NCBI GenBank assembly: GCA_010093815.1
Contig: ML996577.1
Length of the DNA stretch: 64,000 nt
DNA from: Pseudovirgaria hyperparasitica
Taxonomy: Eukaryota
Direction: 5' to 3' (one strand)
Positions 36,595-49,628 of this stretch are shown here, in pieces (within the stretch, counting starts at the first letter, position 1; each line of letters starts with the position of its first letter). The notes below the pieces were generated by a model that worked only from the letters and a program-made list of their open reading frames with translations, did no database searches and had not been told where the DNA came from. Both the position numbers and the translations under genes were made by a program.

Positions 36595-37518
36595 CCCCAA
36601 CAAGTCAGCGGTGGAGTTAATATTATTAGGGAGAGGAGGCGTCGGGCCAATTGCAGGATACAGCCACAAGTGACAAGCAGCTGCAGGCTTCCGCTTGTTA
36701 ATGTGCGGCGCTAGTGTCTTCTCGGCTCGGCTGCAGCTCTCGCTCTCGGACCTCTCTCTGGTCCACGCTCTCCCCATCACACACACTTTCACACAATCTC
36801 ACACACATTCACACTTCACCCTCTCTAATATTGCTCCAGCAGCTTTTACACCCAAAACACACTAGACGACAGCCCAGACTACTCCAGCAAGCCAGTTCTT
36901 GTCATTGAGACTGCTCCATCAATCCCTTCCTGTCGGATTCGAGTATTCGAGTCTGTGCGTTCACTCCCTGTGAACGAACATGTGAGCATTGTGCTCCTCT
37001 TACACGCCAAATTCCACTTTTCCGCTTCTCCACATCCCTCTCCACTCTCCACTCTCCACCGTTTCCACCTTTCCAAATTCCACCTGTCCACCTGTCCAGC
37101 TGGTGCGTGAGCGTCTCTGGTGTGCCGCAAAAAAATAACACACGGTCTGCGCCAATGGCGCGAATCATGTTGCGTGACAGACTCCCGGAGTGAGTACCTG
37201 CCCCGTGCGCTCAGCCTGAGGGTAGCTCCCCATGCAAATCTATTCACTGACGCTCAGTCTAGCTGATGAGGTCTGATATCGGCGCATCCGCAGCGTAACA
37301 TCCTCGTCTGTGCCGTCCTATCGTCGCCTCCTCACCCTGGTCCATCTTTTGTTTATAGTCTCCTCCGCGCCCTCGATTCCTCATTTCCGTTCTTCTCACG
37401 ATAGACTGCATCTTCCTAGGATTATACCTTTTCCCTTCAGCCTCACCGACCTCCTCAGGCTGCGAGCGTCCTCCACCTCCAACCCTCTCCTAGCAGTACC
37501 CTCATATTTCTATTCATC

Positions 37519-39209
37519 ATGCCGGGCGGTGCTGTCCTTCATGCCACCACCGACGTGTCGCGCGTTGAGGCGCCCGTCACCGTCAAAGCCTACCTCATGT
37601 GCGCCTTTGCATCTTTCGGAGGTATCTACTTCGGTTATGATACTGGTTACATGTCTGGTGTCCTAGGCATGAACTACTTCATCACTCAATACACTGGGCT
37701 CGAGCCTCCACCACCCGGTGCCACAAAGGAAGAGAGTGCCTACTTCACTATCCCTGCATGGGAGAAGTCGCTAATCACCTCTATCCTATCTCTCGGAACT
37801 TTCTTCGGTGCCATCATTGCTGGTGACTTGGCTGACTTTATTGGTCGTCGAACCACCATCATTGTCGGCTGCGGCATCTTCCTCATCGGTTGCATTCTTC
37901 AAACTGCCTCAAGTGGTCTTGGTCTCATGATTCCCGGTCGTATTATCGCTGGTCTCGGAATTGGTTTTATATCCTCGATTATCATCCTGTACATGTCCGA
38001 AATTGCGCCCCGCAAGGTTCGTGGTGCTCTCGTGTCTGGCTACCAATTCGCCATCACCATTGGTATCTTGCTGTCCAACTGCGTCACCTACGCTACCAAG
38101 GATCGCGATGATACTGGCTCCTACCGCATTCCCATTGCCATCCAGTTCCTCTGGGCCATCATCCTTGCTGTTGGTCTCTTCGTCCTGCCAGAGTCTCCTC
38201 GTTACCACGTCAAGCGCGGCAACATCCAGAAGGCTGGCGAGACTCTCGCCCGTCTCCGCGGTCAGCCGCGTGACTCACAATATGTGGAAGAGGAGCTTGC
38301 TGAAATTGTTGCCAACCACGAATACGAGCTCCAGGTCGTTCCTCAGGGTACTTACATGTCCTCGTGGCTCAACTGCTTCAAGGGATCAATCTCCCACGGT
38401 CACTCCAACCTTCGCCGTTCGATTCTCGGTATCAGTCTCCAGATGATGCAGCAGTGGACCGGTATCAATTTCATCTTCTACTTCGGCACCACCTTTTTCC
38501 AAACGCTCGGCACGATCAGCAACCCGTTCTTGATCTCCCTCATCACTACCCTCGTCAATGTCTTGTCCACTCCTATCTCGTTCTACATTGTTGAGCGCTT
38601 GGGACGTCGTACTATCCTCATCTACGGTGCCGCCGGTATGGTCGTCTGTCAATTCATCATCGCTATTGCCGGCACCGTTGACGGTGAGAACCCGAATACC
38701 GTCAAGGCCATGATTGCGTTCATCTGTATCTACATCTTCTTCTTCGCTACTACCTGGGGACCCGCTGCCTGGGTCGTCATTGGCGAGATCTTCCCTCTCC
38801 CTATCCGCTCCCGCGCCGTCGGTCTCTCAACTGCCAGCAACTGGCTCTGGAACTGCGTAAGTTGCACACTCTTCGACAGCACTTAAGGTTGAAGCTGACA
38901 AAATCTTAGATCATCGCCGTCATCACCCCCTACATGGTCGGTGCCGACGAGGCCAACCTCGGACCCAAGGTATTCTTCGTCTGGGGCTCTCTCTGCTCTC
39001 TCTGCTTCATCTACGCCTACTTCCTCGTTCCCGAGACCAAGGGCCTTACCCTTGAGCAGGTCGACCGCATGCTCGAGGAGACTACTCCTCGCACCTCTGC
39101 CAAATGGGTACCACACAGCACCTTCGCCGCCGACATGGGCCTCACCGAGAAGGGTACCCTTACCGAGGCGATTGTTGAGGATGTCGAGCGCAAGGGTTCT
39201 GTCCACTAA
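37519..39209 (+). CDS. MFS monosaccharide (glucose-type, MstA/RCO-3-like) transporter; 1 intron
   Basis: FGGIYFGYDTG, ADFIGRR, YMSEIAPRKVRGALVSGYQF, PESPRY, QQWTGINFIFYFG, WGPAAWVVIGEIFPL, PETKGLTLEQVD. Confidence 0.95.
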
Positions 39210-40445
39210 GAGCGCCGCTTGTATACTACATGAAAGGGAGCTGTGGATAATGAAGATGCTTGGATAGGGTGGGAGTGGAAATGATTACGATGATACCATA
39301 TTTGTTTACGAGGTCAACGCTTTGCATGAGATAGTCATGAATGAAGCTATGCCCCATACCAATCGCTGCTTCCATGGTTGCTGTCGTGATATTCCTCGCG
39401 CTTCGATATTCTGTCTGCGCTGTGATTGTATGCGACGTCTCGCTATCCCGCAAATAGTCCCGTCACTCGCACTTCGCGACGCTCTCCTCCCACCACGCGC
39501 GAGGTTACCATAATACGAGGGACCCGATCCTAGCGCATGGCGCTATTCTCCACACTTCCTTCGCGTGCCGTGTGACACTCGCCATCCACTACCGACCCAA
39601 AAACGCGCTTGACTCGCGTGCGGCGCGCCCGCAACGAACGCTACCACTAATTACCACTATCCTACCCCAGCCCAATTAGCTACAGTAGCTAGCTACCCCA
39701 CCAAACGGCACCTAGCGTATTAGCCAGACAATTAGACAGACAGCTACAGCTGTTAGTTAGTTAATCAGCCCCGGAGCCCCCCCAGCCCCAGCCCGGCACT
39801 TCCAGCTGACTAGAACGGATCCAGCCTAGCGCACCGTAACCGAGCCGGCGGTTTCGCTGTTTTTCTCGCTAAAGAAGGTGGGTGGATGGGGGAGTGATGG
39901 GTTGGTTGATTAGGTGTTTTTGGTGGTGATGGGTGGTGGTGGTGGTGGTGTGTTCTGGGGAGCTTTCCCTGCATTTTTCTATTTATTGGGTGGGTGGGTG
40001 GATGGCGTGCATGGATGGGCTTGGCTGGGTTTGGGCTTGGTTGGATTGGGGTTAGGGGCTTTGCGGTGTTTGCGGGGGAGGGAGGCTAGGGTTTCTGAGG
40101 GATATGTGCTATGGGTCTGGATTGATGGGGTGTGGTGTGGGTGGTGCTAGAGTGGGATTGTGTTTGTGTTTGGGATGCGGCTGGAGGGGATGGTTGATGG
40201 TGGAACAAGGCATACAAAAGCGTCGAGGCGTAATATCCCGGATTTATGTTCGTTTGCCGCTGACTTGGAGCTCATGCAGTCGTATAGAGCTATGTCTACT
40301 AAGCACACAGCTATCATGATGTTCTCTCACCGAACCGTTGGTTATATTGCTTGAAGAGTGTATGCCTTCATACGGTTATGGTGGCGCCTCCACATACCCC
40401 CCCCCCCCCNNNNNNNNNNAAAAAAAAAAAAAAAAAAAAAAAAAA

Positions 40446-41940
40446 CAGACCACTGGTCCGTAGTAGGCTTCATAAGCAGTCTAACGCATCTATAGTACCC
40501 TTCCATGAACGGATCGCGAAGTGGTCAAGGTATGTACTCATAGGATATGAGAAGTCTATCTGTGTTTGGATATCTTCTTATACCCGGTACACAACTATAA
40601 TGCAGAATTTTTTTTTCGAGGGAAGGGTTGAGGCATATGTAGGACGAGGTATACGGATGGTAGTTCATACACAGTATCTAAAGGTCGAGTTTGAGGGGAT
40701 AGGTATGGGTATACTCCTCTCTCGGCTTGACAGATTCTTGCAGTTATACATAGTTGTATAATGTATCTGCAAACATTGAGATTGCGCATGGTTTGGAAGC
40801 ATGACTTTTATTTCTTTTCTTCGGCGTCTGATTCTTTAGAGGTTTAGTGTTTTTAGATAGTGCTCTCAAAGACTAAAGTAATAATAGTAGAATATATAAG
40901 AATCTTTCGACTGATAGTAGGTCTGATATACTGTTCAAAGATTCTAGAGGTGAAGTCTAAGCGGGATGTTTCTTGCCCGATAAGCGTCGAAGACACTAGA
41001 GACAGTCCAGGAGTATTGAAGGAATTGTAATATGTAATATAGTAGTAAAAATGTATAGGTGATGTTTAATACCCTGAATAATACCTAGGCCGTATACAAG
41101 ACAAGTATTATTACATGTATGTCTTTATAAGATACAGTCTAGGGGATTTTATAGTATCGTGGAAAGCTATAATACTAAGAGTCTTGTAGACAGCTTATAT
41201 TGGTTTTCTTATAGATATTTATGTTTAAATATACCTGAGATTTTCATAATTCGATAGAAGTAATATATATCTATCGGTCTAGGAGGGAATAATTGAAAGA
41301 ACATTATTAATATCGTAGTCTTTGTAGTTGAGAAAGCGATGATAAGTAAAGTAGATACTTAATAATTATACTATATATACTATCTTTAGTATTCTTTACT
41401 TTACGTAAGTAGTAAAGAACTACTATGATAGGCCTTGAGAGCATAGGTACGACATCTATTATATCTAAGTAATTAGATGCCTATACTCAACGCTAGGGGC
41501 TTTGGATAGGTCTATGCTATATACTCTCGGTGTGTCTACGCGAAACGGGTAGGATTTTCAGCCGTCTAGAAAGGGGTCGTTCATAAGATTCTATAGCTAC
41601 TTAGCATTGATAAAGTAGTCTCTCTCTATGAGCTCGTTGGAACTATAGAGAAAGCCTTAGGCTAATTAAAAGCTAAGAGTCTTATAGCTAACTCTCTAGT
41701 ATTTAAGATACTTAATTATGTAAAGCTAGAAGAGACTATTTATATCTTATGTTAGAGGAACACTACTTCTTTAAGCTATAAGATAGAAATGCGAGATTTA
41801 GCTCTTGATAGAGCTTAGCTATATAAAAGTATATACCGTGTCATTCTATCTAAGAATATCAAGTCTATGGTAATTGCATAGAAGTATATACCGTGTTATT
41901 CCATTTCAGAACACTAAGCCCATGGCAATTTCATAGAAGT
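40446..41940. mobile_element. AT-rich, TpA-rich RIP-degenerated repeat relic next to an assembly gap (N 40410-40419) and a poly(A) run; family not identifiable
   Basis: Abrupt GC drop, many TA/TAG/CTA, no long ORFs between 40.8 and 42.3 kb. Confidence 0.65.
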
Positions 41941-43087
41941 AATTGAATTCCTCTGCGTGTATGTAGCAACTTGAATCCATATGTGTTTACGTTTAAAACT
42001 CTCACAAGGAGATTGGTAACTCGACCGGACTTCTACAATCACGCACATTCATACTAATTTACTGGAACCGAGTCATATAACATACGCTCAAGTTTGTATA
42101 TCTGGCCACTAAGAATTTAAGGTCAGCATCATGAAAGAAGGACTGTCGATAGTGTGCGGGTAGTGAAATGTGCCCTTTAAAGTGGTTCTATCTACAACAG
42201 ATTATCATACGTATCTACACTGAACATTCTCAAGGAAATAGACGAATTTATGTACTAGAGGTTTGGATTATGAACTAAGCAGGGAAATTTTGCACCCAAG
42301 AGGCTCGTTATAGTAGGTGTTTCTAGTACGTGTTAGAAACAGGTCAGCGATATAAAGAACATCTCCCCTCAGTCCATTCTAAAGAAGATTTTCACTGGAA
42401 GTTGTACGCCTTATTCATTGCGTTAGAAGACAGAATTCGGAGATGGCCAGGAGAAGAGAGCAAAGTACTCAAGGATGTTCTGGAGCGTTTCCATGATATC
42501 CAAGTCGTCGAAGTTGAGTATGGAAGACGCAAATGAGCTAGATGACACGTTGAGGTTTCTGCTCGTTATCGGAGCACGCTCCTCACATCCATCAGGTCAA
42601 TTAATGCGCAGTATAAGGGATAGCATACGTGTTAGAGCAATCATAGATACCGTACATGGAAATAATGCTTAAGATAACGAAGAGTGTCGACATCACCTAT
42701 AATCATAAGGTGTATTCGTTGGCCCTTGATTTACTATATTGCTTTTGATTGTCTTACTAGAATGCTATCTATATCGCCTTAAGTCTACTATCAGGTTTTC
42801 CTCACTCTTATAGTAATGTCTAATTTCGTTCCCGATTCGAACATTATTCCATGTTTTCCCCCTTCGTTCCACATTGCTACTGCAATTCTTAGGCGCCATT
42901 GTAATGTCCAATGTGCAATGACATGAAACAGCCAAAAAGGCCTAGCACTTAGCTCTGCGCGTCAACACTGCACCACGATATATTATCATTATAATATTCG
43001 TTATCTATCAACTAGAGAACAATCAAGAACAATCCTTCCCGCAAGATTCTCAAAAACTCTGACCGCATCTCCTACCATGACAAGACT

Positions 43088-44467
43088 TCACGACCTCTCC
43101 GGCCCCTGCCCCTTATCCACATTCGACGGCAACGGCGGACTCGTCGGCACATCTACGCTACCATCCATTTCATGCACCCTCGTCGGAGCCTCCTTGTGAT
43201 CTTCCACCTGCACCGAATACCTAAACCCCAAGAGTTAGCCACGCCACAAACCACAATTCGCAAACGCATCACATATCAGGCATATCGCACGTACCTATCC
43301 CCGCCATTCCCCACGTTCTCCACAAACATCCCGCTCTGGAACGTATCCCGATACACCGGCTGCGGACTCTCCATCTCGCCACCAAACACCGCCTGTTGCG
43401 GAGTCTTCGGATACTGCGGCAGCGGTGGCGACATCGTATGCATACTTCTCTGTGCGTCCAGCGGCGCATACATCGGACCCCCACCATGCTGATACATATC
43501 CGTTGTCGCGAAACCCGGCGACGGCATCCCGTCGTACGGTGCTGGCGCGGCACCACCAGCACCACCACCGCCATAATGAGACATCGGGGGTGCTGCAGCT
43601 GTGTCGCCGCGCTTATGCGCGAACCTGTAGCCCTTGGAGCGGCCCATGTAGAAGAAGAGGGCGGCGGCGAGAAGCAGAACTGCGACGGCGCCGATGACGA
43701 TGCCGGCGATGGCACCGCCGCTGAGGCCGTGTGAGTGGTTGGTAGTGCCGCCGTTGGTGCTACCTGTGGGTGCGTTCGTGGGCGCGTCGGTCAGGGAGGC
43801 GAGGGTGGACGAGGCCTCGGCGGGGAAGGGCTCGCCGGGCTGCATGACGAACTGGGCTTCGCCGGCGAGTTGCTTCTGGCGCTGGAGGGATACGGAGGAG
43901 TTTGGGTTTATGACGCCGACCATGGTCCATTTGTCGCAGGAGTCGGGGGCGGAGCAGTAGAAGAAGATTGGTTGGGTGTCGTTTATGAGGATGGACCATT
44001 TTGGAGGCTGGATGCTTTCGTTAGTGTTTTTGGTATAGTGGTCGAGATTGTGAATCAGTTGTTCCTGGAGGGAGAAAGGGGGTGGGTGTTGAGGAATGGG
44101 AACATACGTCTTCTAAGATAACATCCACCTCTTTGAATCCGGAGAAGAATCCGACTTTGCTGCGTCCGGTCATTTCGTATGGAATACATGGATACTCGTA
44201 CTCGGCGCGAACGACGGAGTGATTTGTGGGCCCGAAGCGGAATTCGACGGTATCGCCGGCGGAGACTTGAACGACATCTGGTTTGAACGAGTGGTCGCCG
44301 TTTCCGACGCTAACAGTTGAGGTGATTGGAGTCCGCGATGAGCTTGCTCCGGATCTGGTGAGAGAGGGAGCAGATGTTATCGACGGCGTAGATCTCTGGG
44401 AGTAGGTTGGGTGAGTGAGGAGAAGTGTGGTCAGGGCGATGAACGTTGAGCGTATGAAGCGGACCAT
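43088..44467 (-). CDS. Secreted/membrane-anchored Ser-rich cupredoxin-like protein with a single TM helix; 2 introns
   Basis: Signal peptide; VSVGNGDHSFKPD..AGDTVEFRF..TNHSVV....PC; PIFFYCSAPDSC...MVGVINP; TM GGAIAGIVIGAVAVLLLAAALFFY; last exon ends ...GQGPERS*. Confidence 0.88.
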
Positions 44468-45250
44468 GTTGCACCGATCTGTATATCAATACTGGTGCCG
44501 AAGATGTTTCATGCACCACGTTATCGAATGAAACAAGTGAAGGTACTGAGCCAGTCCCCCTAGAAGCAAAAGAATTGGAATCATTAATGCGGGATAAGGG
44601 TGCATCAAATACCAGCGACGCCCCCTACTAAGCCCCAAAAACAACAGACTTGGAATAATCAATGCGGGAGAACAAGGGCCCCAACCAATTTCCACGCCCA
44701 CAGCCCATTCCAACATCCCACCTCGCCGTATTTCACACCGGCATCTGACCCAGGGCCTGTTGTCGAGTCCAGTTCGTCTAATCGCCGGCTATTATGATCC
44801 CTACCTTGGGAAGTCGACCCTTGCGTCCAGCTGTATCTGGGGGGCGAAGTGCGTGTTTAGCAACATTGTGATTTGATGAATGATTAGTACTGGGCGCACA
44901 GACAGCGATGCTGGGTGCACGGCTGAGGTCAGAGCAAAGAATAGGTTTTCTAGCGTAGATGTGATCTCGTAATGCTGACTGACAGCAAGAATGATACACT
45001 TGAGATGTGGGTGGAGTGGTGATGTCGTGTGACGATGCTGGAACGAGATAGTTCCATTCCGCTATTGCACGATAATAGCTGCAAACGTTGTCTGCCCTGG
45101 GATGTTGACTTCTCTACCCATTCGCCAGTATGCTCTCTTAAGCTAGACAGACTGTATAAGAGAGATGGCTGAGCCAGGATCAAAGAAGTGCAATCTCAAT
45201 CCACGCCTCAAAATGATTGCCAAGACGGTACAATCATAATCCGATTGGTC

Positions 45251-45471
45251 AGATTGATTATGTTAGATTGAATAAAGTGGAGTATACACCTAAGTATAGC
45301 CGGGGGCCTTACTGTATATTCAGGTATCATTTCGGCCTCAGCCCTTTATATTGAAGCCTAAGGCTAGACTTTTAGCCTTAGGCAGAAATGATACCTGAAC
45401 ATACCCTAAAGTAAGGCGCCAGCTATGCTTAGGTGTATACCCCACTATATATATTCTACCATAATCAATCT
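45251..45471. mobile_element. About 220-bp foldback / MITE-like element with long imperfect inverted arms
   Basis: Left AGATTGATTATG...GTATACACCTAAG..TTCAGGTATCATTTC pairs with right GAAATGATACCTGAA..CTTAGGTGTATAC...CATAATCAATCT. Confidence 0.7.
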
Positions 45472-46600
45472 TGATCCCTTGGCATAGATTTTAACCTCAA
45501 TCTGTACTTTTAGGGTGACTAATCATACAATCCATCCTAACCTGGGACCTTGGATGGTATCCAATTGTATATGCTCACGTCTGAGCATGAATATGCGAGA
45601 AGTCATCCGTGCTTTTCGTTGCCGAAAGTAAGAATTGCTCAGGATACACGTGACGGGGACAAAATGTCCTCACACAATGGCCATTTCTGCTTTGAGACGT
45701 GAGTTACGCCGAGGTCCAGTAACGTGAGCTGTTAGTAAGCAACCTGAGCTGTGGCTGTGTGAGAAATCACTACTACTAGCGGGTCGCATTGTACTGTGGT
45801 GCAGGGTCTAATGGTCTAATCATGCTCAGCGGAAGAAGAAACACCGGGGTGTGGTTCCGTCAAGCGCCTCTCTGCTGCCTGAACTGCGACGTGAGCGGCG
45901 CATGATGCTCAACGAGCACGGTATAGACAGCTAGTGGCAGAGGGCCTTTAGAGCTTGATCTGATGGTGGAACGACTGCGTCTTCTGCGTAAGCTGAATGG
46001 ATACAAGACTCCTGGTACCACTGTGATGATGGCTCATTGTTTGGCACTAAAACAGGGTTACTCATCCGTACCAGCACGTCCAGGCGCTCGATGAGACTGA
46101 AGACTGCATTCGCGTGGCATAGTCACTACCTGGATCATGCGAGCACGCTGTGATGTCGGCGGCCACCTCTTTCGTATCGCCTTTAACTGGTCGGATGGTC
46201 AGGTGCTGGAGTTTGATTAGCCTGGTTGAGGGGCAATTCTCTTTGTTGGAGCACAGGCGATATCCTAGGAGGTTCTGTCGCCGATGCGAGAGTAAGATGA
46301 TGAGGGAGAACAAGATAATCAGGGAGGGCGGAGTAGTCTGAAGAACGGAAGTCTGGCACCCAATCGTAGCACATTGACAACCCCGGGAATGCCAGATAAG
46401 GAGATCATAAGTGTTGATAACCATATATGCATGGGATGGTCTTCGCGACCCGCTTCTCGATCAACGACGCTTCTCCAACGCATCTCATCTCTCCTGTATC
46501 GCCCAAAAGCTCTTCACACTTTCCCGTATACCCTCACATCCTCTTCTCTGTACACACTCTCTTGCCCGCACGCGCATATCCTCTCATCCCTCATTTCGAC

Positions 46601-47130
46601 ATGACCCTCCTCATCGAATACGAAACTCCCGTCGACTACGATCCTTCTCTCAGGCGCACCCAACGGTCCTTGAAGCCACATCGCCCGAAGCTCACATTAG
46701 CTTCAGACTCGTGGCAAAGCCCGACAATTATGACAGATTATCCGCATTCCAAATATCCGAATTTTTCAAACAGCATGACCCTACCACAAAGGACGGATTT
46801 GTAATCGCGTGGCCGCCGATATTTTGCAGAGTCCCGTCTCTCCTACTTCAATCCAAGGCGCCACAAGCTATACCGTAGCAGCCGACTCTGAGCAGGTACT
46901 CAAGGTGATCCAGTTCCGGTTCCCGAAGCTGAATATCGAACTAGTGGAACACGCAAGACAGTCTTATAAAGATTTCGTACCTGATTACGAGTACGAAGGC
47001 ATGTTCGGAAATGTCCACATGTATAGGTGGAATCTCGTCCCTGGACCTGCTTTCTGTCGAGTTCGGCATCAGTCCGCCCTTGTTAGCTACTCGCTGATCA
47101 GAAAAATAGATTTTCTGCTTCAGCATGGAT
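46601..47130 (+). pseudogene. Frameshifted, truncated fungal phosphotransferase (APH/kinase-like) N-terminal fragment
   Basis: ISEFFKQH..TKD /frameshift near 46795/ CNRVAADIL..PTSIQGATSYTV...VIQFR...ARQSY..FVP resembles the N-lobe of a fungal APH-like family; no HxD catalytic region follows. Confidence 0.6.
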
Positions 47131-47242
47131 CAACAAACCAGCACTTAAACAACCTTCTGGCCTATTTGAAGACTACCCTCGCGTGCTAGATCAGATTTCT
47201 GATGCAGAGGAATTAGATCGTGCAGGAAAGCGTGGCCGTCGA

Positions 47243-48765
47243 TCAAGGATGATAATGCTCTGCGATGAGCTCCTCCCGTGTCATCTCCCCGCGGTCTACG
47301 CATGCTATGCGCGAATTTGTCTTGGCTAGTTCTGCGTCGTACTGCTCTAACTGCAATGTCTTTCTCTCCACGAACGCCCGTATCTCGTTCGGGTCTAATG
47401 CCGACTCGAGTTGCTTCCACTTGTCGGTACCCACATGCTCTTTTAGCTTGGTAAAAGGGAAACTGTTAGTATCGTTGAAACCGCACGAAAGGAGCATGTG
47501 GAACCACATGGCCCCTGAGTCCTCTGACCACTTGACAAGCTTAGAGACTTCATTGCTTTCGTGGCCCGACCGCTTTGCCTCTTCTTCTTGCAGGACACGT
47601 TTGTAGATGTCCAGGTATCTGAAGTATCGAGCGGCTATGTCGGGTGCCTGGTCACTATCGTGATCCCATTCTGGATTGATAGGTCGATCCTGAAGAAGCC
47701 ACCACGGCGCCGATGCAAATAGCTGGGCTGAGCCAATATACGACCATTCAAGATCAATGACGCCAACGACCGTAAGATCGTCATCGTTTTTGACGATCAA
47801 GTTAGCTGGGCCAAGATCATCGCAAATGAGTTTGAATGGACCACGATCGTACTTCTCATGTACGTAATCAGCTACCAAGGTTCTCATGATTTTGAACGAG
47901 GCGTACTGTCTTTTGGCGTCGTATGGCCCAGCAATAGAATTAGGCTGTTGCATAAGCTGCTCCCAGTCTTGCCTAGTAATGTATTCAAAGTACTCCGCTG
48001 TCGTCGAGAATCCTTGGTCTCGATCGCCTAGAGATTTCCTACTTAGTCCTCAATTCATAGACACAAAATTGGTGGTAGGGTGAGACTAGGAATTGGGACG
48101 TTTTGCACCGTACCAAAGGTATTAACGCCTCCAGTTTGAATGATGTCGTGCACCTTCCATGTTAAGGGGCGTGTCGAGGTAGAGAAGCCTGTCTTCGGCG
48201 TCGGAAGGCTGCCGATCCGGTCAAAGTCCAGCTCGAAGAGTTGAAGCTGGAAATTGGCTAATTGCCTGAACAAGAACTCAACGTCGTCATCGCTGATGTC
48301 CTCTCGCATCAGTCTTGTGTCAATGGTGGAACTGGGATCTTTGAGAAGGTGGTTGACGCCTTTGCCATTAATAAAATCCATGAGGATGAATGCTCCTAGG
48401 CCAAGGGGGTTGTTGGCAGCGAGACCCCAAGCGTGGATTTCTGGGACAGGTATACTGGTCCGTTCGCGAATAAGAGTTAACACTTCCACCTCCATAGCAA
48501 TCTTTTCATCAGCGTATCCTTCACAGATTGCCCCGACGCGGGGAAAACGCAGTAGCCAGGTGGTATTTCCAATGAAGGTGAACCTCTGGCATACGTTGTA
48601 TGCGCCGTGCAGAAAGCCGCCATCGAGTTGGCATGGCAATCGGTCGGGATGAAGGGACGAGACCCATTGGCACATGCGGCCGTCGACGCGAGCTGCATTT
48701 ACCATGTCCACCCAAGCATTCTCCTCCAGTTTGTGGATTAGCTCGATGCGCTTGTCATAGTCCAT
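47243..48765 (-). CDS. Phosphotransferase enzyme family (APH/choline kinase-like) protein; 1 intron
   Basis: GAYNVC, WLLRFPR, MEVEVLTLIRERTSIPVPEIHAWG, FILMDFING, FDRIGSL, LICDDLGPANLIV, VIDLEWSY. Confidence 0.85.
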
Positions 48766-49628
48766 AGTGGTGGAGAAAGGGCTTGTATCTGAGCTAAGTG
48801 TGCTGCGGTGTTCTTTGTGTATTGTCGTAAAAGCGGACGTCGTCCGGAAAACAAATGATGTGCACTGTGGCCTTAGGCTCCCAAATGCCCTAGCCTGCTC
48901 ATTCGACTCTAAAACATCTAACACATGCTCCGAATCACTTTGCTACGGCCAAATATGAGTATACTGTCAATCGTAGTACGCTATCACGACGTTACCGCGG
49001 CCCATCTGGGTCGCACGCTCGAGATTTCATTATAATTAGATAGATTTCTCGTGAACTCTTGCATCCTGCTTACGGCGCCTGGGCTTCTTCGCAGCGGCTT
49101 CAAGGGTTTTATTTGCGTCGTCTGCCGCCTTTCTAAGCCGTAGAGCGACGCTGACGAGGCCCTGGTGGAGGAGGCGGCGGCTCTGTCGTATGGTCGTTAC
49201 CGAAAGTCGCATTTCTAGGCTTTTTGGACGACTGCGTGCGTTTCTGAGGCATGCTAAGCGAGGTGAAACACCAGGGTAATATTGACGATAGGCAGAAAGA
49301 GCTATGAAGGAGGCTTCAAGTGGTACAGAGGGCAGAAAGAAGGTATGTGGTCGATAATGCACAAAAATGTCCTTCTCATACTAATTTACTATGTGAGCGA
49401 CATGCCGAAGCATCGCCGAGGGCCAAGTAACTCCAAACCAACGGATGCAGGTGGAACCAGTATTTCCAGAAAAACCCATAGTACCGTAAGACAGCCTTGT
49501 CAAAGCCCGACGAAGTTCCTAAGCGCTGCACCTTGACAGCACCCTAGGGCGTTTCACACAGGTCCTACTTCCCTGTCAACTTCATCAACTCTGTGCCTGC
49601 GAGAGATCTTGATCCTCATTTGTGAACT

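Noticed and set aside
40420..40445. Poly(A) run as a LINE tail
   Set aside because: It abuts an assembly gap and no reverse transcriptase motifs were readable in the adjacent relic
42330..42536. 68-aa ORF with protein-like composition
   Set aside because: No ATG start, no recognisable motif, next to RIP-damaged DNA; may be a gene remnant but unsupported
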